Assembly: GCA_951812775.1 (NCBI GenBank)
Contig: OX638326.1
Span: 4,015,897 to 4,079,896 of the forward strand
DNA from: an uncultured Alphaproteobacteria bacterium
Lineage (GTDB): Bacteria; Pseudomonadota; Alphaproteobacteria; MPNO01; UBA2964
Direction of reading: 5' to 3'
DNA length: 64,000 nt
This document shows positions 41,144 through 52,210 of the stretch, piece after piece (position 1 is the first letter of the stretch; every line of letters begins with the position of its first letter). Position numbers and translations under genes: made by a program. Below the pieces are notes generated by a model. It was given only the letters and a program-made list of their open reading frames with translations, did no database searches and was not told the DNA's origin.

Positions 41144-42170
41144 CATCGTTATGGCTGATGATGGTATTGCTTTCGATGGCAACTCGCTCGAACGGGGTCC
41201 ACTTGGCGGTGCTGAAACAGCTTTTATGTCGTTGGCCGTTGCGTTTGCGGGGCGCGGCCATAACGTCATGGTCAGAAATAAGTGCGTCTCGGCGATGGAA
41301 AGAGATCGCGTTTCCTGGGCACCGCTGGAGGGCAATATTCCCGAGGATTGTGATCTCTATATTGCCAATCGGAGCGACAAACTCCTGCTACTGGCCCGAC
41401 AGGCGAAGCAGGCCGTCTTTTGGATACACAATCCGGCAAATTATTTGCTGAAATTTCGTTATCTTTCAAAATTGTGGCTCCGCCGCCCGCCAATTGTTTT
41501 TTCTGGCGCTTATCATGCCAACAGCTATCCGAAATGGGCACCGGATGGCGGACGCGAAATCATTCCCTACGGTATTTCCGAAGAATTTCGGACGACCTCA
41601 CAACAAGATCGAATTCCGCCGCCGCGGGCTGTATTCACATCGAACCCGCAACGTGGCCTGTCCTGGCTGCTTGATGTTTGGCGTGATCATATTCATCCTG
41701 CAATGCCCGCAGCGGAACTTCACGTGTATTCAGGTGCCGCGACTTATGGTTCGCATGGCGCTTCGCGCGCGGCGCAGATGCAACCTATTTTGGACAAGGC
41801 AATTTCTCTTCGGTCTTCCAACGTGATTCTTCATGATCCGGTGCCCAAAAAGGCTCTGGTTGATGTACTCGCTCAATCGAGAGTGCTGTTATATCGGGGG
41901 GATCCGGGGGAGACGTTTTGTCTTGCGGTTGGTGAAGCGCAGGCCGCCGGGATACCTGCTGTTGTGCAGGATATAGGCTGCGTCGCGGAAAGGGTGGAGC
42001 ATGGTCGAACAGGGTTCGTCGAAAATAGCGATACTGGTTTTGCTCAGGCATCACTCAAACTGCTAGAAGATGATGCGTTGTGGAGAAGGCAAAACACCAC
42101 AGCATTGGAAACACAAAGGCAATGGAGTTGGGATGATGCAGCCGCGTCATTTGAGAGGTTGATACCTTGA
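41136..42170 (+). CDS. Glycosyltransferase family 4
   Basis: GGAE; ETFCLAVGEAQAAG (EX7E). Confidence 0.85.
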   Translation: MADIVMADDGIAFDGNSLERGPLGGAETAFMSLAVAFAGRGHNVMVRNKCVSAMERDRVSWAPLEGNIPEDCDLYIANRSDKLLLLARQAKQAVFWIHNPANYLLKFRYLSKLWLRRPPIVFSGAYHANSYPKWAPDGGREIIPYGISEEFRTTSQQDRIPPPRAVFTSNPQRGLSWLLDVWRDHIHPAMPAAELHVYSGAATYGSHGASRAAQMQPILDKAISLRSSNVILHDPVPKKALVDVLAQSRVLLYRGDPGETFCLAVGEAQAAGIPAVVQDIGCVAERVEHGRTGFVENSDTGFAQASLKLLEDDALWRRQNTTALETQRQWSWDDAAASFERLIP

Positions 42171-43210
42171 TGCGTGTCTTGCATCTCATGGCCGGCGCAG
42201 ATGTAGGCGGCGCTGAAACCTTCTTCGAACGCCTTATTGTCGCATTGCAAAAAACGGCGATTGACCAAAGGCTTGTTATTCGACCATCGCCTGATAGAGA
42301 AACGCTGTTAAAAGAAGCGGCGGTCGAGTTTTCGACGGCGCCATTCGGTGGCTGGCTCGATTTCGCAACCCCGCGAATACTAAAGCAGGAAATCGGGTTG
42401 TTCAGTCCGGATATTGTTGTCAGCTGGATGAACAGACCAACGCGCTTTGTTCCGCAACAAACGGAGAAAGATAGAAAACAGTTTATCCATGTCGGGACCC
42501 CACGCGGGTATTACACGCCCAAATATTATAAAAATTGTCGGCACCTGATTGTAACGACGAAAGATCTGGCAAAATTTTATTATAATCATGGCAGAGCTGC
42601 TGAGCAGATATCCGTCATACCCAATTTTGCACCTGATAGCCGTGGGGAACCGGTTGCACGGGCACAATATGATACGCCGGCAAAGGCACCTCTACTGCTT
42701 GCCCTTGGTCGTCTCCACAAGAACAAAGGGTTCGATGTACTCCTGAAGGCGATGCTCGATTTGCCGGATCATTATTTATGGCTTGGTGGGGCAGGGCCAC
42801 TGGAACAGGAATTAAAAGGGCTGGCCTTTACCCTTGGTGTTGCTGAACGGGTACGCTTCTTGGGGTGGGTAGATGATCCTGCGCCGCTGTATGCCGCCGC
42901 CGACATTTTTATGTGTTCTTCGCGACACGAACCGTTTGGCAATATAATTATTGAGGCATGGCTGAATGCCACACCGGTTATCGCAGCGGCAAGCGAGGGC
43001 CCGGTGTCTTTGATAGAAGATGGCGAAACCGGTTTTATCGTTCCCAACGAGGATGCCGCAGCGCTTTCTGCTGGTGTTAGAAAACTGCGTGGCGATCCAG
43101 CATTGATGGCGCGGCTTGCAGACAATGGACGGAGGAGATACGAAGACGCCTTTACGGAGGAACAGGTCGTCGGCCAGTATCTTGATCTGTTTGAAAGGCT
43201 TTCTGGCTGA
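42167..43210 (+). CDS. Glycosyltransferase family 4
   Basis: GGAE, GRLHKNKG, EPFGNIIIEAW. Confidence 0.88.
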   Translation: MMRVLHLMAGADVGGAETFFERLIVALQKTAIDQRLVIRPSPDRETLLKEAAVEFSTAPFGGWLDFATPRILKQEIGLFSPDIVVSWMNRPTRFVPQQTEKDRKQFIHVGTPRGYYTPKYYKNCRHLIVTTKDLAKFYYNHGRAAEQISVIPNFAPDSRGEPVARAQYDTPAKAPLLLALGRLHKNKGFDVLLKAMLDLPDHYLWLGGAGPLEQELKGLAFTLGVAERVRFLGWVDDPAPLYAAADIFMCSSRHEPFGNIIIEAWLNATPVIAAASEGPVSLIEDGETGFIVPNEDAAALSAGVRKLRGDPALMARLADNGRRRYEDAFTEEQVVGQYLDLFERLSG

Positions 43211-44970
43211 TGTGCGGTATCAACGGCATCATGACGGCGTCTGGCGCACTACCGGATCGCAGCACCATCACCGCAATGCAAAACGCCCTGACACATCGCG
43301 GGCCCGATGGAGAAGGGCTGCATTTTGAAGGTAATGTCGGGATGGCTCATCGCCGTCTCGCCATCATCGATCTTGAAACAGGCGATCAACCCCTCAGTCT
43401 CGAAAACGGCACCACGCTGATCGCCAATGCCGAAATCTACAATTACCTTGAGCTAAAGGACGAGCTGAAAGAGACGCGTTTTTCGACCGCCTCAGACTGC
43501 GAGGTGCCGCTTCATTTGTACGCTAAGCATGGTGAAAACTATGCCGAACATTTGCGGGGAATGTATGCGATAGCGATACATGATCCCGAGCGCCGCCGTC
43601 TGGTTCTGTCGCGGGATCCGTTTGGTATCAAGCAGCTATACTATACCGAAGGACCCTTTGGATTTGCTTTCGCTTCCGAACCGCAGACGCTCCTGGCATC
43701 CGGGTTGGTGTCAGCAGATATTCGTCGCAATGCGGCCGAAGAACTGCTTCAGCTTCAATTCACAACCGGCCAGGAAACCGTTCTTTCAAATATCTTTCGT
43801 GTCCTGCCGGGGGAAACCATCATTGTTGAAGCGGGCCGCCTTGTGCAGCGGTTTCGGCGTTCAGCTCTGCCGGATGGGCCACCGGAAGATGTCGATGAAA
43901 CGGAGGCGCTTCAGCGCGTTGAAGGGGCCTTGTTGAATAGTGTGGATGTGCATCAGCGCAGCGATGTTCCCTATGGCATGTTCCTGTCAGGCGGAATCGA
44001 CTCATCGGCAGTGTTGGCTATGATGGCCCGATTGAATGATCAACCCGTCAAGGCATTTACGGTCGGATTTTCAGATACGGCGGCGGCAGATGAACGTTCT
44101 GACGCTGCGGCCATCGCGCAGGCCCTAGGTGCTGAACATATTGAGGTTGATTTTACGGAACAGGATTTCTGGTCGACAGTCCCGATGGTAACCCGCGCCA
44201 TGGATGACCCGGTCGCGGACTATGCAGAACTGCCGACCTATAAGTTGGCGGCGACGGCAGGCCAGGATCTAAAAGTCATTCTGTGCGGCGAAGGCGGCGA
44301 TGAGTTGTTCGGCGGTTATGGCCGTTATCGGTCAGCTATCCGGCCATGGTGGTGCCATCGCCGGGCGATGCGGTCGCGTGGCGCGCTCGATGGCATGCAT
44401 ATTCTCCGTGAGGATTCGAGGGACTGGCGTAGCGGGGTTGCGGCGAGCGAGACCGTTGCGGCCTCATCCGGCCGCAGCCACCTGCAAACCGCTCAGGCAA
44501 CAGATTGCGCCGACTGGCTGCCACATGATCTGCTGATCAAGCTTGATAGATGTCTCATGGCGCATGGGGTGGAAGGGCGCACACCCATGCTGGATCCCGC
44601 TATTGCCGAAGCGGTTTTCCGCCTGCCGGATTCCCTGAAGATCAAGGGTCGGACCGGTAAATGGATTTTACGAAAATGGCTTGCCGATATCGTGCCTGAG
44701 GCCCAACCGTTTTCCCGTAAACGTGGTTTCACCGTGCCGGTCGGGGAATGGATCATTCGCAAAGGGGATGTTCTGGGGCCATTGGTAGCCCGTCAGGCCG
44801 GGATCACCGAGCTCTGTCAGCCGGATCGCGTCGAAGCCATTTTCAAGAGTACCCGCCGGCGCGCCGGATTTGCCGCATGGGTCCTCCTGTTTTATGCCAT
44901 TTGGCATCGCCAGCATGTCGAAGGATTTACCGGCGAAGGTGACGTATTTGCTGTTCTGGGCAACGGATAA
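43210..44970 (+). CDS. asnB: Asparagine synthase (glutamine-hydrolysing) family amidotransferase
   Basis: MCGI, HRGPD, RLAIID, LSGGIDS, GEGGDELFGGY; in a glycosyltransferase operon, so glycan amidation is likely. Confidence 0.9.
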   Translation: MCGINGIMTASGALPDRSTITAMQNALTHRGPDGEGLHFEGNVGMAHRRLAIIDLETGDQPLSLENGTTLIANAEIYNYLELKDELKETRFSTASDCEVPLHLYAKHGENYAEHLRGMYAIAIHDPERRRLVLSRDPFGIKQLYYTEGPFGFAFASEPQTLLASGLVSADIRRNAAEELLQLQFTTGQETVLSNIFRVLPGETIIVEAGRLVQRFRRSALPDGPPEDVDETEALQRVEGALLNSVDVHQRSDVPYGMFLSGGIDSSAVLAMMARLNDQPVKAFTVGFSDTAAADERSDAAAIAQALGAEHIEVDFTEQDFWSTVPMVTRAMDDPVADYAELPTYKLAATAGQDLKVILCGEGGDELFGGYGRYRSAIRPWWCHRRAMRSRGALDGMHILREDSRDWRSGVAASETVAASSGRSHLQTAQATDCADWLPHDLLIKLDRCLMAHGVEGRTPMLDPAIAEAVFRLPDSLKIKGRTGKWILRKWLADIVPEAQPFSRKRGFTVPVGEWIIRKGDVLGPLVARQAGITELCQPDRVEAIFKSTRRRAGFAAWVLLFYAIWHRQHVEGFTGEGDVFAVLGNG

Positions 44971-45051
44971 ATCGATCAAACATTAACAGAGCCTTTACGC
45001 TGAACTGCTGCTATTTACGACTTGTTGCAGTATTCGTAGTGAGGGCCGGTT

Positions 45052-45321
45052 ATGGCCGAGTTTAGAAGTTCCCGTGTGATCGTTCCGGCGTTGGTCGCCG
45101 TATCTGTTCTGATTTCTGCCTGTTCCAACCCGTATCTTGAGAGATTGCGGGCCGAGTTTGGCTGGACCGAAGGCCGTATGACCGAGGATGGTTGGCTAAA
45201 AAGCCGCGAGATCCCGCCGGATGCAATCTATTGCTATAAAACCATGGCGAAGCCCAACTGCTTTAAGACCCCCAAACCGGGTCAGGAGCACCGGCTGGTC
45301 AGCGAATACGAAAACGCCTAA
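45052..45321 (+). CDS. Small putative lipoprotein
   Basis: Lipobox-like ISAC; YCYKT...C motif. Confidence 0.55.
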   Translation: MAEFRSSRVIVPALVAVSVLISACSNPYLERLRAEFGWTEGRMTEDGWLKSREIPPDAIYCYKTMAKPNCFKTPKPGQEHRLVSEYENA

Positions 45322-45371
45322 AAGCCGCAGTAAGCCGCAGATAAATTAAAGAACCTGATGAACGCGCAGAT

Positions 45372-45611
45372 TTAGGCGGCGCGTTGCTCGCTCTTGAGCG
45401 TCATCAGTTTTGCCGCCGCGGCATGGATGAAATCTATGTTCTGTCGTTTCTCAACACTGCCAGACCCACCCTGGCTCGTCAGAACAATTTCGAGGGTTTG
45501 ATACAGCCCGCTGGCGGCATCAACATTACCCTGAGAACACGCCATATCGAAGGCATCGACAATATGATCACTGAGTCTGCGCTTATATTCACGAGCTGGG
45601 TTCTCTGTCAT
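45372..45611 (-). CDS. Small hypothetical protein
   Basis: RRLSDHI..AF..AC motif resembles small alphaproteobacterial proteins (recalled, not searched). Confidence 0.55.
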   Translation of the reverse strand: MTENPAREYKRRLSDHIVDAFDMACSQGNVDAASGLYQTLEIVLTSQGGSGSVEKRQNIDFIHAAAAKLMTLKSEQRAA

Positions 45612-45785
45612 GGCATCGCCTAATCGTCAGTTAACGTTGCTGTCATCCTGACAGAAATTGGCTAAGCAATCGTGAAGAGGCGCGACGGAAAAAGAGCCGT
45701 TAATCTTTCCGTTTACCACCCTGATATTTGTGTCAATATAACCGCAAAATTCGGCAGCATCGGTCAAATCACACGGGAGCGGAAG

Positions 45786-46313
45786 ATGTCAGAATTACCG
45801 AAAATGAGTTTTGGCCATCTCGGGATAAATGTCATCGATATCGACAAGATGGCGGATTTCTACACCAAAGTTATGGGCTTCAAGATCACGGATCGCGGGC
45901 AGGGCGGCAAGGCTGAGCTGGTGTTCCTGAGTCGTAATCCCGAAGAACATCATCAGATCGTTATGGCCAACACCCGCAAGGAAGGCGAGCCCTCTACGAT
46001 CAACCAGATTTCTTTCAAGGTGAATGACTTCTCCGAAGTGCGTCAGGCCTATGACCATGCGGTCGCCGCCGGGTGTGAGGGCATCGAACCGGTAGATCAT
46101 GGCTCTGCCCTGTCGGTGTATTTCCGCGATCCGGAAGACAACCGGCTTGAGGTTTATATGGCGACGCCATGGTATATCGCGCAGCCGCATCGTCAGTTGA
46201 TCGATTTCGACAAAACGGATGAGGAAGTGTGGAAGGCGTGTGAGGAAAAATGCCTCGCCGATCCGACCTATCAGCCGATGGATGAGTGGAAGGCCGAATT
46301 CGCCGCTTCCTGA
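45786..46313 (+). CDS. VOC family protein
   Basis: GHLGI, HHQ, HG..SVYFRDPEDNRLE. Confidence 0.85.
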   Translation: MSELPKMSFGHLGINVIDIDKMADFYTKVMGFKITDRGQGGKAELVFLSRNPEEHHQIVMANTRKEGEPSTINQISFKVNDFSEVRQAYDHAVAAGCEGIEPVDHGSALSVYFRDPEDNRLEVYMATPWYIAQPHRQLIDFDKTDEEVWKACEEKCLADPTYQPMDEWKAEFAAS

Positions 46314-47359
46314 TATTCCGCCACAATCTGCTCAATCAGTTCGGCCGCCGGTAGACCCCGGCTGAGTGCTGCTGCCTGTCCGCACCACATCGACATGAAA
46401 TCTGTATCATCGACCTTGCCAGCGGCCGCCCGCAGGCTGCCGGTCAACGTGTTCTGAAGCGGGAAGGGCAGCACCGGCGCCCCTGAGGACTCCATTTCTG
46501 TGATAAAGCGGTTGCGCAACCCCCGCGCCGGACGGCCAGAGAATGTTCTGGTCATGACCGTGTTGTCGCCCTCGACATTCAGCAAAGCTTGCTGAAAAGA
46601 TGGATGCACGTCGGCTTCCGGGCAGGTGAGAAAGGCGGTGCCCATCTGTACCCCACAGGCACCGAGTGCCAGGGCGGCAGCAAGCCCGCGACCATCCATG
46701 ATGCCACCCGCCGCAATGATCGGGGTCGAGACGGCATTGGTCAGCTGGGTGATCTGACTCATCGTGCCGGTCATCGAGTCCTGCCAGTCACCGATCCAGG
46801 TCGTGCGATGGCCACCGGCCTCCGAGCCCTGCGCGATAATGAAATCAATCCCGGCAGCTTCGGCCTCCAGCGCCTCGGCGACCGAGGTAGCTGACGCGGC
46901 GGTGATAATGCCGGCATCCTTGATCTCGGCGATAACCGGTTGAGAGCCATGCCCGAGATGGAAGGAGCTCAGCTTAATGCCGCCCTCAATAACCGCTTCG
47001 ACCTGCTCCTCAATATCGGGCATGACATTGCTGACACTGTCCGGCGGGGTGACACCAAACTGCGCAAAATACTCGGCAATGGCCGCAGTCGCGGCGGCGA
47101 TTTCAGCCTCGGTAACCAGCGGGTCTTCCGGGACAAACAGGTTGATGCCAAAGCCTTTATTGGTCCGACTCTGCAGCTCCCCCACCATATCGCGGATCGC
47201 AGCACCATTGAGATAAGCCGCGCCAAACTGCCCAAACGCCCCCGCATCGGAGACCGCGCTCACCAGCTCAGGCGTCGTCGGCCCGCCCGCCATCGGGGCG
47301 AGCAGGATCGGAATGTCGATGCCGAGGGCATCGGTGAGGGCGGTGGAGAAAGAGGTCAT
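46271..47359 (-). CDS. Nitronate monooxygenase family protein
   Basis: APMAGG, QGSEAGGHR, AAGGIMDG, QMGTAF, SGRPARG. Confidence 0.9.
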   Translation of the reverse strand: MTSFSTALTDALGIDIPILLAPMAGGPTTPELVSAVSDAGAFGQFGAAYLNGAAIRDMVGELQSRTNKGFGINLFVPEDPLVTEAEIAAATAAIAEYFAQFGVTPPDSVSNVMPDIEEQVEAVIEGGIKLSSFHLGHGSQPVIAEIKDAGIITAASATSVAEALEAEAAGIDFIIAQGSEAGGHRTTWIGDWQDSMTGTMSQITQLTNAVSTPIIAAGGIMDGRGLAAALALGACGVQMGTAFLTCPEADVHPSFQQALLNVEGDNTVMTRTFSGRPARGLRNRFITEMESSGAPVLPFPLQNTLTGSLRAAAGKVDDTDFMSMWCGQAAALSRGLPAAELIEQIVAEYQEAANSAFHSSIG

Positions 47360-47520
47360 GTGGTGAAGAGTAGGTCAGTACCTGTTCAATGAAAATGGAG
47401 GAATGACCAATAAGTTAAAATCAAATTTTGTACTTGGATTTTAGGACTCTTCTTTTACGCCTGGTATTCTCAATTTCAATAAAAAACCGGGACAGAAATA
47501 AACTCTTGAATTTCCAATGA

Positions 47521-48474
47521 TCATCCGTTGGGTAGTGAGAGAGTTTTGCCCTCTTCATATTTGTACGACTTTTTTCCAAAAACGATATTCTGTTTTCGAA
47601 CCCAATTCTTGCGATCACCTTTTATTCTTATCTTGTAACCGATTGCTTTCTTTTCGAATTTTGGTTGCCATACCCATGTGTCATTACCCTGATATTCAAA
47701 ACTTCCCCAGAAAATATCGGCACCAACATATCCTGTAGTACCCGCAGGACGGGTAAACGTAGCCAGTCTAATAAATTGAACACTTTCTTCCGATAAGTTC
47801 TTCCAAAAGGCACTCCAGTGATAAAAACTGTAATTGTATATATTGTTTATAAATCCTTTATCCCTGTATTCATTCCATTTTATTCTTCTTAAGTTTATTT
47901 TTTTTATTAAAATATCTTTGTAATTAAAATTTTTGTCTTTCTTTTTGAAAGCTGAAACTTCGATAAAAGATGGATCGTCTATATCATCGGTCAATACTAT
48001 TGCAGGTGGCCGGTAGTATGATTGTTTTTCGTAATACTTTGAGTGACAAACTCGACCTACTGGATCGATAACGACCCAGCGTTTTTCACCTATTTTGTGC
48101 TGAACGATTGCAGAGGCATCTTGCTGCCATCGCGTGGACATAAATCCATCACAGCCGCTGCCTGTACAAATTTCATCTTTTGTGCACCAGACGTCTCTAC
48201 TCAGATTGACCGATTTTCCTTCGACCTCAGCCTCAACCATCACGCGAACCGGATACCAACCCACCAGCCCCTTGCCGAAATCAAACAAAGTGAAAAGTTT
48301 GAAAATACAAAATATGCCAAGACCAAGCACCATTCCACCGAGCCAGGGGCTGAGAAATGGACGGGTTTCAGGAGGACGCCGACAGAAGATAATATTAATC
48401 GTCAAGCCATAAATTATCCGCAAAGCGATGAGGCTCGGGATAACGTAAAATATGGTGATGATTAAAAGAGACAT
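47521..48474 (-). CDS. AT-rich hypothetical membrane protein
   Basis: ATG 48474, two N-terminal TM helices; visibly lower GC than the flanks; C-terminus possibly frameshifted into 47421-47618. Confidence 0.5.
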   Translation of the reverse strand: MSLLIITIFYVIPSLIALRIIYGLTINIIFCRRPPETRPFLSPWLGGMVLGLGIFCIFKLFTLFDFGKGLVGWYPVRVMVEAEVEGKSVNLSRDVWCTKDEICTGSGCDGFMSTRWQQDASAIVQHKIGEKRWVVIDPVGRVCHSKYYEKQSYYRPPAIVLTDDIDDPSFIEVSAFKKKDKNFNYKDILIKKINLRRIKWNEYRDKGFINNIYNYSFYHWSAFWKNLSEESVQFIRLATFTRPAGTTGYVGADIFWGSFEYQGNDTWVWQPKFEKKAIGYKIRIKGDRKNWVRKQNIVFGKKSYKYEEGKTLSLPNG

Positions 48475-48475
48475 T

Positions 48476-48967
48476 CTAAATCTCCTCCAACAAGCCCTGC
48501 CGCCTGTGCCAATCTTCAATGCCTTCATCGGGGTATTGATCGAACTGCTTGTCACCGTCCGGGACCTCTACCCAGTCGACCTTGTGTTCCATCATCATGT
48601 GGCGGATTTCGGAGGGTTTGGGCAGCGGTGTGTCGATGGCGGAGGCGAAGGGGTAGAACCACTGGCCGTGCTTTTCGTTGTAGTTCCACAGCATGGTGCC
48701 GCAATGGCCACAGAAGCTGCGACGGGAAAAGCCGAGACCGTCTTCGTCATAGACGTCGCGGTCGTTTTGCCGGAACGATAGACCTTGATGTGCTCCTCGC
48801 CCTTGATCTTTCTGGTGTCGGTTTCCGCCATGATGTTAATGGCATAGCTGCCACCGCCATCGAGCTTGCGGCACACCGAGCAGTAGCATTTGTTGAACGG
48901 GTAGGGGGGTGCGGGACTCGCAGCTGAACTTTACTTTGCCGCAATGGCAGGAGCCTTTGAGATGCAT
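48476..48967 (-). pseudogene. GFA/CENP-V family protein, frameshifted
   Basis: MHLKGSCHCG, CYCSVCRK, FC..CG..LW, HWHR-like tail (EDWHRR) over several frames. Confidence 0.78.
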
Positions 48968-49099
48968 GATGATTCTCCATAGTGGCTGGTTGGTACCATT
49001 GTGGCAGATGAATTTGCGCCGTCCAGCAGGGACGTTAACCAGTTCTTTACCAAATTAAAGTTTTCATGAAGACTGGGATCGCGCAGCTATTGGTACGCA

Positions 49100-51526
49100 T
49101 TGGGGAGAACCTGCGGCAAGCAGGTAGGGGAGGAAGCGTTGCCGTCAGTCATTCGGCAGAAATTCAGGCTGATAGCCATTTCAGTATTGGTTTCGGTGTT
49201 GCAGCTCGTGACAGGGGCAGCGCATGCCATCGATCTGCCCGGTGGCACCTTGTTGCCCGGTTTTATTAGCAGATCGTCAAGGCGAAAACGTCCTTTCGAA
49301 TAGTAAATGGCAGTCGCGTATTTCCAGCGCGCGCGGATTGTCAGGCCTCAAAAGTATGCTGTTTGATGAGGAAAAAAACCGGCAGGCCCTGCAGGAGCTT
49401 TAAATAGCGGCGGCGGCCCAGGAAAGCGCGCAACGCGACATCGCGATTATTGACGGCAAGGGTCACAAGGCGTGGTGTCAGCTTTCTGTGAGCCCCATCG
49501 AGGGGGCGGAACCGATGAGTCTGTGGTCGTTGACCGACTCAGAAGTTCGAAATGCCGTAGATGCCGCCATCAGCAGCGAGCAGGCGCTCCTGACCGAGTT
49601 TCTCAATGAATTCCCGATCGGGTATTTCTCGGTCGATGCGGACGGAGCCTTTGTGCAGGTGAACGAGACGGCTGCGGAGTGGCTCGCAACGACACCTGAT
49701 GAGATGATCAATGGCGACAGGCGTTTGCAGACCTATTTTGCCGCGGATCCTCCCAAGCAAAATGCCCCGTGGAGCGTCCTGTCCTCCTCAGACGCGGTGG
49801 GGTGTGGAAATCTGACTCTGGTCGGTGAAGACGGGCGCCGGTTTGAGACATTTGCGGCGCAGACTGTGGTTATCGATGGCACGCATTTACGAACGCGGAC
49901 TCTGATCAGGGATCTCACCGGCGAGCAGGACCTGACGGCCGCCCTGCGATCTGCAGAGGACCGGTTCCAGCGCCTGTTTGACGCAGCGCCTGTTGGTATA
50001 GCGCTGCTCGACACCAAAAGGGTTGTGACGGACTGTTCTGCAGTTTTTGCGGATATGGCGGGCAAGACAGAAGCCGAGGTTGAACATAGTGATCTCTGGA
50101 TCTGTGCGACCGTCGATGATCGTGACCGGCTGCGGCAATGGGTCACCAATGCGATGAAATCCGACGAAATCGTGCCCTTGCAAATTACACTTGATGGGCC
50201 GGATGCCATGGTCGCCGCCTTCTTCGGCCGACGCTATAACGCGGATGACGGTAGTCCTGGCGGACTGGTTGTGCATGCCTTTGACCAGACCGAACAGCGC
50301 AGCCTTGAAGAGCAGTTTATTCAGTCCCAGAAGATGGATATTGTGGGGCAACTCGCGGGCGGTGTTGCGCATGATTTTAATAATTTGCTGACCGCGATGA
50401 TCGGGTTCTGTGATTTGTTGCTGCAACGCCATTCTCCGAAGGACCAATCCTTTGCCGATATCATGCAGATCAAGCAGAACGGCAATCGCGCGGCCAATCT
50501 GGTACGGCAGCTGCTCGCCTTCTCGCGCCAGCAAACGCTGCAGCCACGGGTGTTGAACATTACGGATGTGCTGGCCGAGCTGTCGCATCTACTGCGGCGG
50601 TTGATCGGTGCTGATATTGAACTTGAGATGGTCCATGGTCGTGATCTCTGGCCGGTAAAGGTCGATGAAAGCCAGATGGAACAGGTGATTATCAATCTGG
50701 TGGTGAATGCCCGTGATGTCGTGGCAGCGGGTGGCAAGGTTTCCATCCAGACCCGAAATATGTCCCGCGCCGCAAGTGTTGAAGCGCGTCATCAGTCATT
50801 ACCCAATGGCGATTATGTTGTTCTCGAAGTCGCGGATACCGGCACCGGTATTCCAAAGGAAATTGTCGACAAGATTTTTGAGCCATTCTTTACGACCAAG
50901 GAGGTTGGGTTGGGGACCGGACTCGGGCTGTCGACGGTATACGGCATTATCCGCCAGACCGGCGGGCATATATTCGTCGATTCCGAAGTCGGGGAAGGGA
51001 CCTGCTTCACGATCTATCTGCCGCAGCACATCGCTACAGCAGAGGATGCAGTGGTCGAAGGCGTTGAGGAAGAACAGGCGCCGCCACCGCAACAGGATCT
51101 CACCGGCGCGGGCACGGTGATGCTGGTCGAAGATGAAGATGCGGTGCGCATGTTTGGCGCGCGCTCTCTCCGCAATGAAGATGAAGATGCGGTGCGCATG
51201 TTTGGCGCGCGCTCTCTCCGCAATAAGGGGTATAGCGTTGTAGAAGCCGGTAATGGCGAAGAAGCCCTCGAATTGTTACAGCAAGAGGGCGACAATATTG
51301 ATGTGCTGGTCACCGGCGTGGTGATGCCGGGGCTGGATGATCCGGCCATGATCCGGAAGGTACGGGAAACGCATGCTGCTATGAAGGTCGTGTTCATTTC
51401 CGGCTATATCGAAGACTCGTTCCGCCAACGGCTTGATGTCGCTGAGGATATCCATTTTTGCCCAAACCCTTTACCCTCCAGCAGCTCGCCAGCAAGGTGA
51501 AGGAAATTATGGCGGAGGAAGTCTGA
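49100..51526 (+). pseudogene. cckA: Cell-cycle hybrid histidine kinase CckA, degraded
   Basis: QSQKM..VGQLAGGVAHDFNN, upstream of recA; eroded 5' end, 48-bp duplication in REC, phosphoacceptor D changed to G (VTGVVMP), frameshift at HF/LPKPF. Confidence 0.82.
51129..51224. repeat. 48-bp tandem duplication in cckA
   Basis: Encodes EDEDAVRMFGARSLRN twice; exact DNA copy. Confidence 0.95.
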
Positions 51527-51528
51527 CC

Positions 51529-52150
51529 GTGGCGATTAGGAGCAAATGGTCGGTGGCGTTCTTGGTCACCGCTATTTTTTCGATCTCAGCCATCAGTCTG
51601 GCCGCCGATGATTTTAAGGCCTGGGAAAATGCTTATGACAAAGATGGCGGCGCTATATTCCGGTCGCTTTGTGGAATGGCGGAGCGTGGGATGGCCATCA
51701 TGTGATTACGCTTCCAACAGTTGATCTGACTTTTGGTCGCCGCGACCATAAGAGAATTGTCGGGCCAAAGCCGTGGACCCACGAAGCCTCTGGTACGAAA
51801 TATCGTATCTATGAACGCCACAACCGCAGCAAGGTTCAGTACTTTGCGGTTAATCGAAAAAAGATGGTTTGGGCCGAGTTTATGACAATCGCTATGCCCG
51901 CTATTGTCCCGACGAGGTGAAGTTTCCGCTGGGCTGGTGGACGCAGGGCGAAAAACGGGTTTAAGACATCGATTGCGAGGGCCGCAAACGTCACATCGAA
52001 GTAACCATCACCAAGCTCAACTTTACCTATGATGGTGTTCCGCATTCGCTGGAATTTCACTGGAAACTCGGCGATGGGTCGAAACGGGGTGGCAACAATA
52101 TTTATACCTACAGCCCCGGCAAAGGGTTGGTGGACGTCACCCAGAATTAG
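51529..52150 (+). pseudogene. Secreted hypothetical protein, multiple frameshifts
   Basis: Signal peptide ending SLAAD; fragments in several frames ending YTYSPGKGLVDVTQN*. Confidence 0.55.
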
Positions 52151-52210
52151 CCGCATTAGCCCTATTCTCTATCGGGTTACCAGTTATGGTAAATTCGTCA
52201 TTTCGGACGT

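Noticed and set aside
40172-44970. asnB-containing cluster as a lasso peptide or other RiPP locus
   Set aside because: AsnB has an intact glutaminase N-terminus (MCGI), neighbours are glycosyltransferases, and no precursor or B protein is visible
45322-45341. AAGCCGCAG twice
   Set aside because: Too short to separate from chance, so not counted among the duplications
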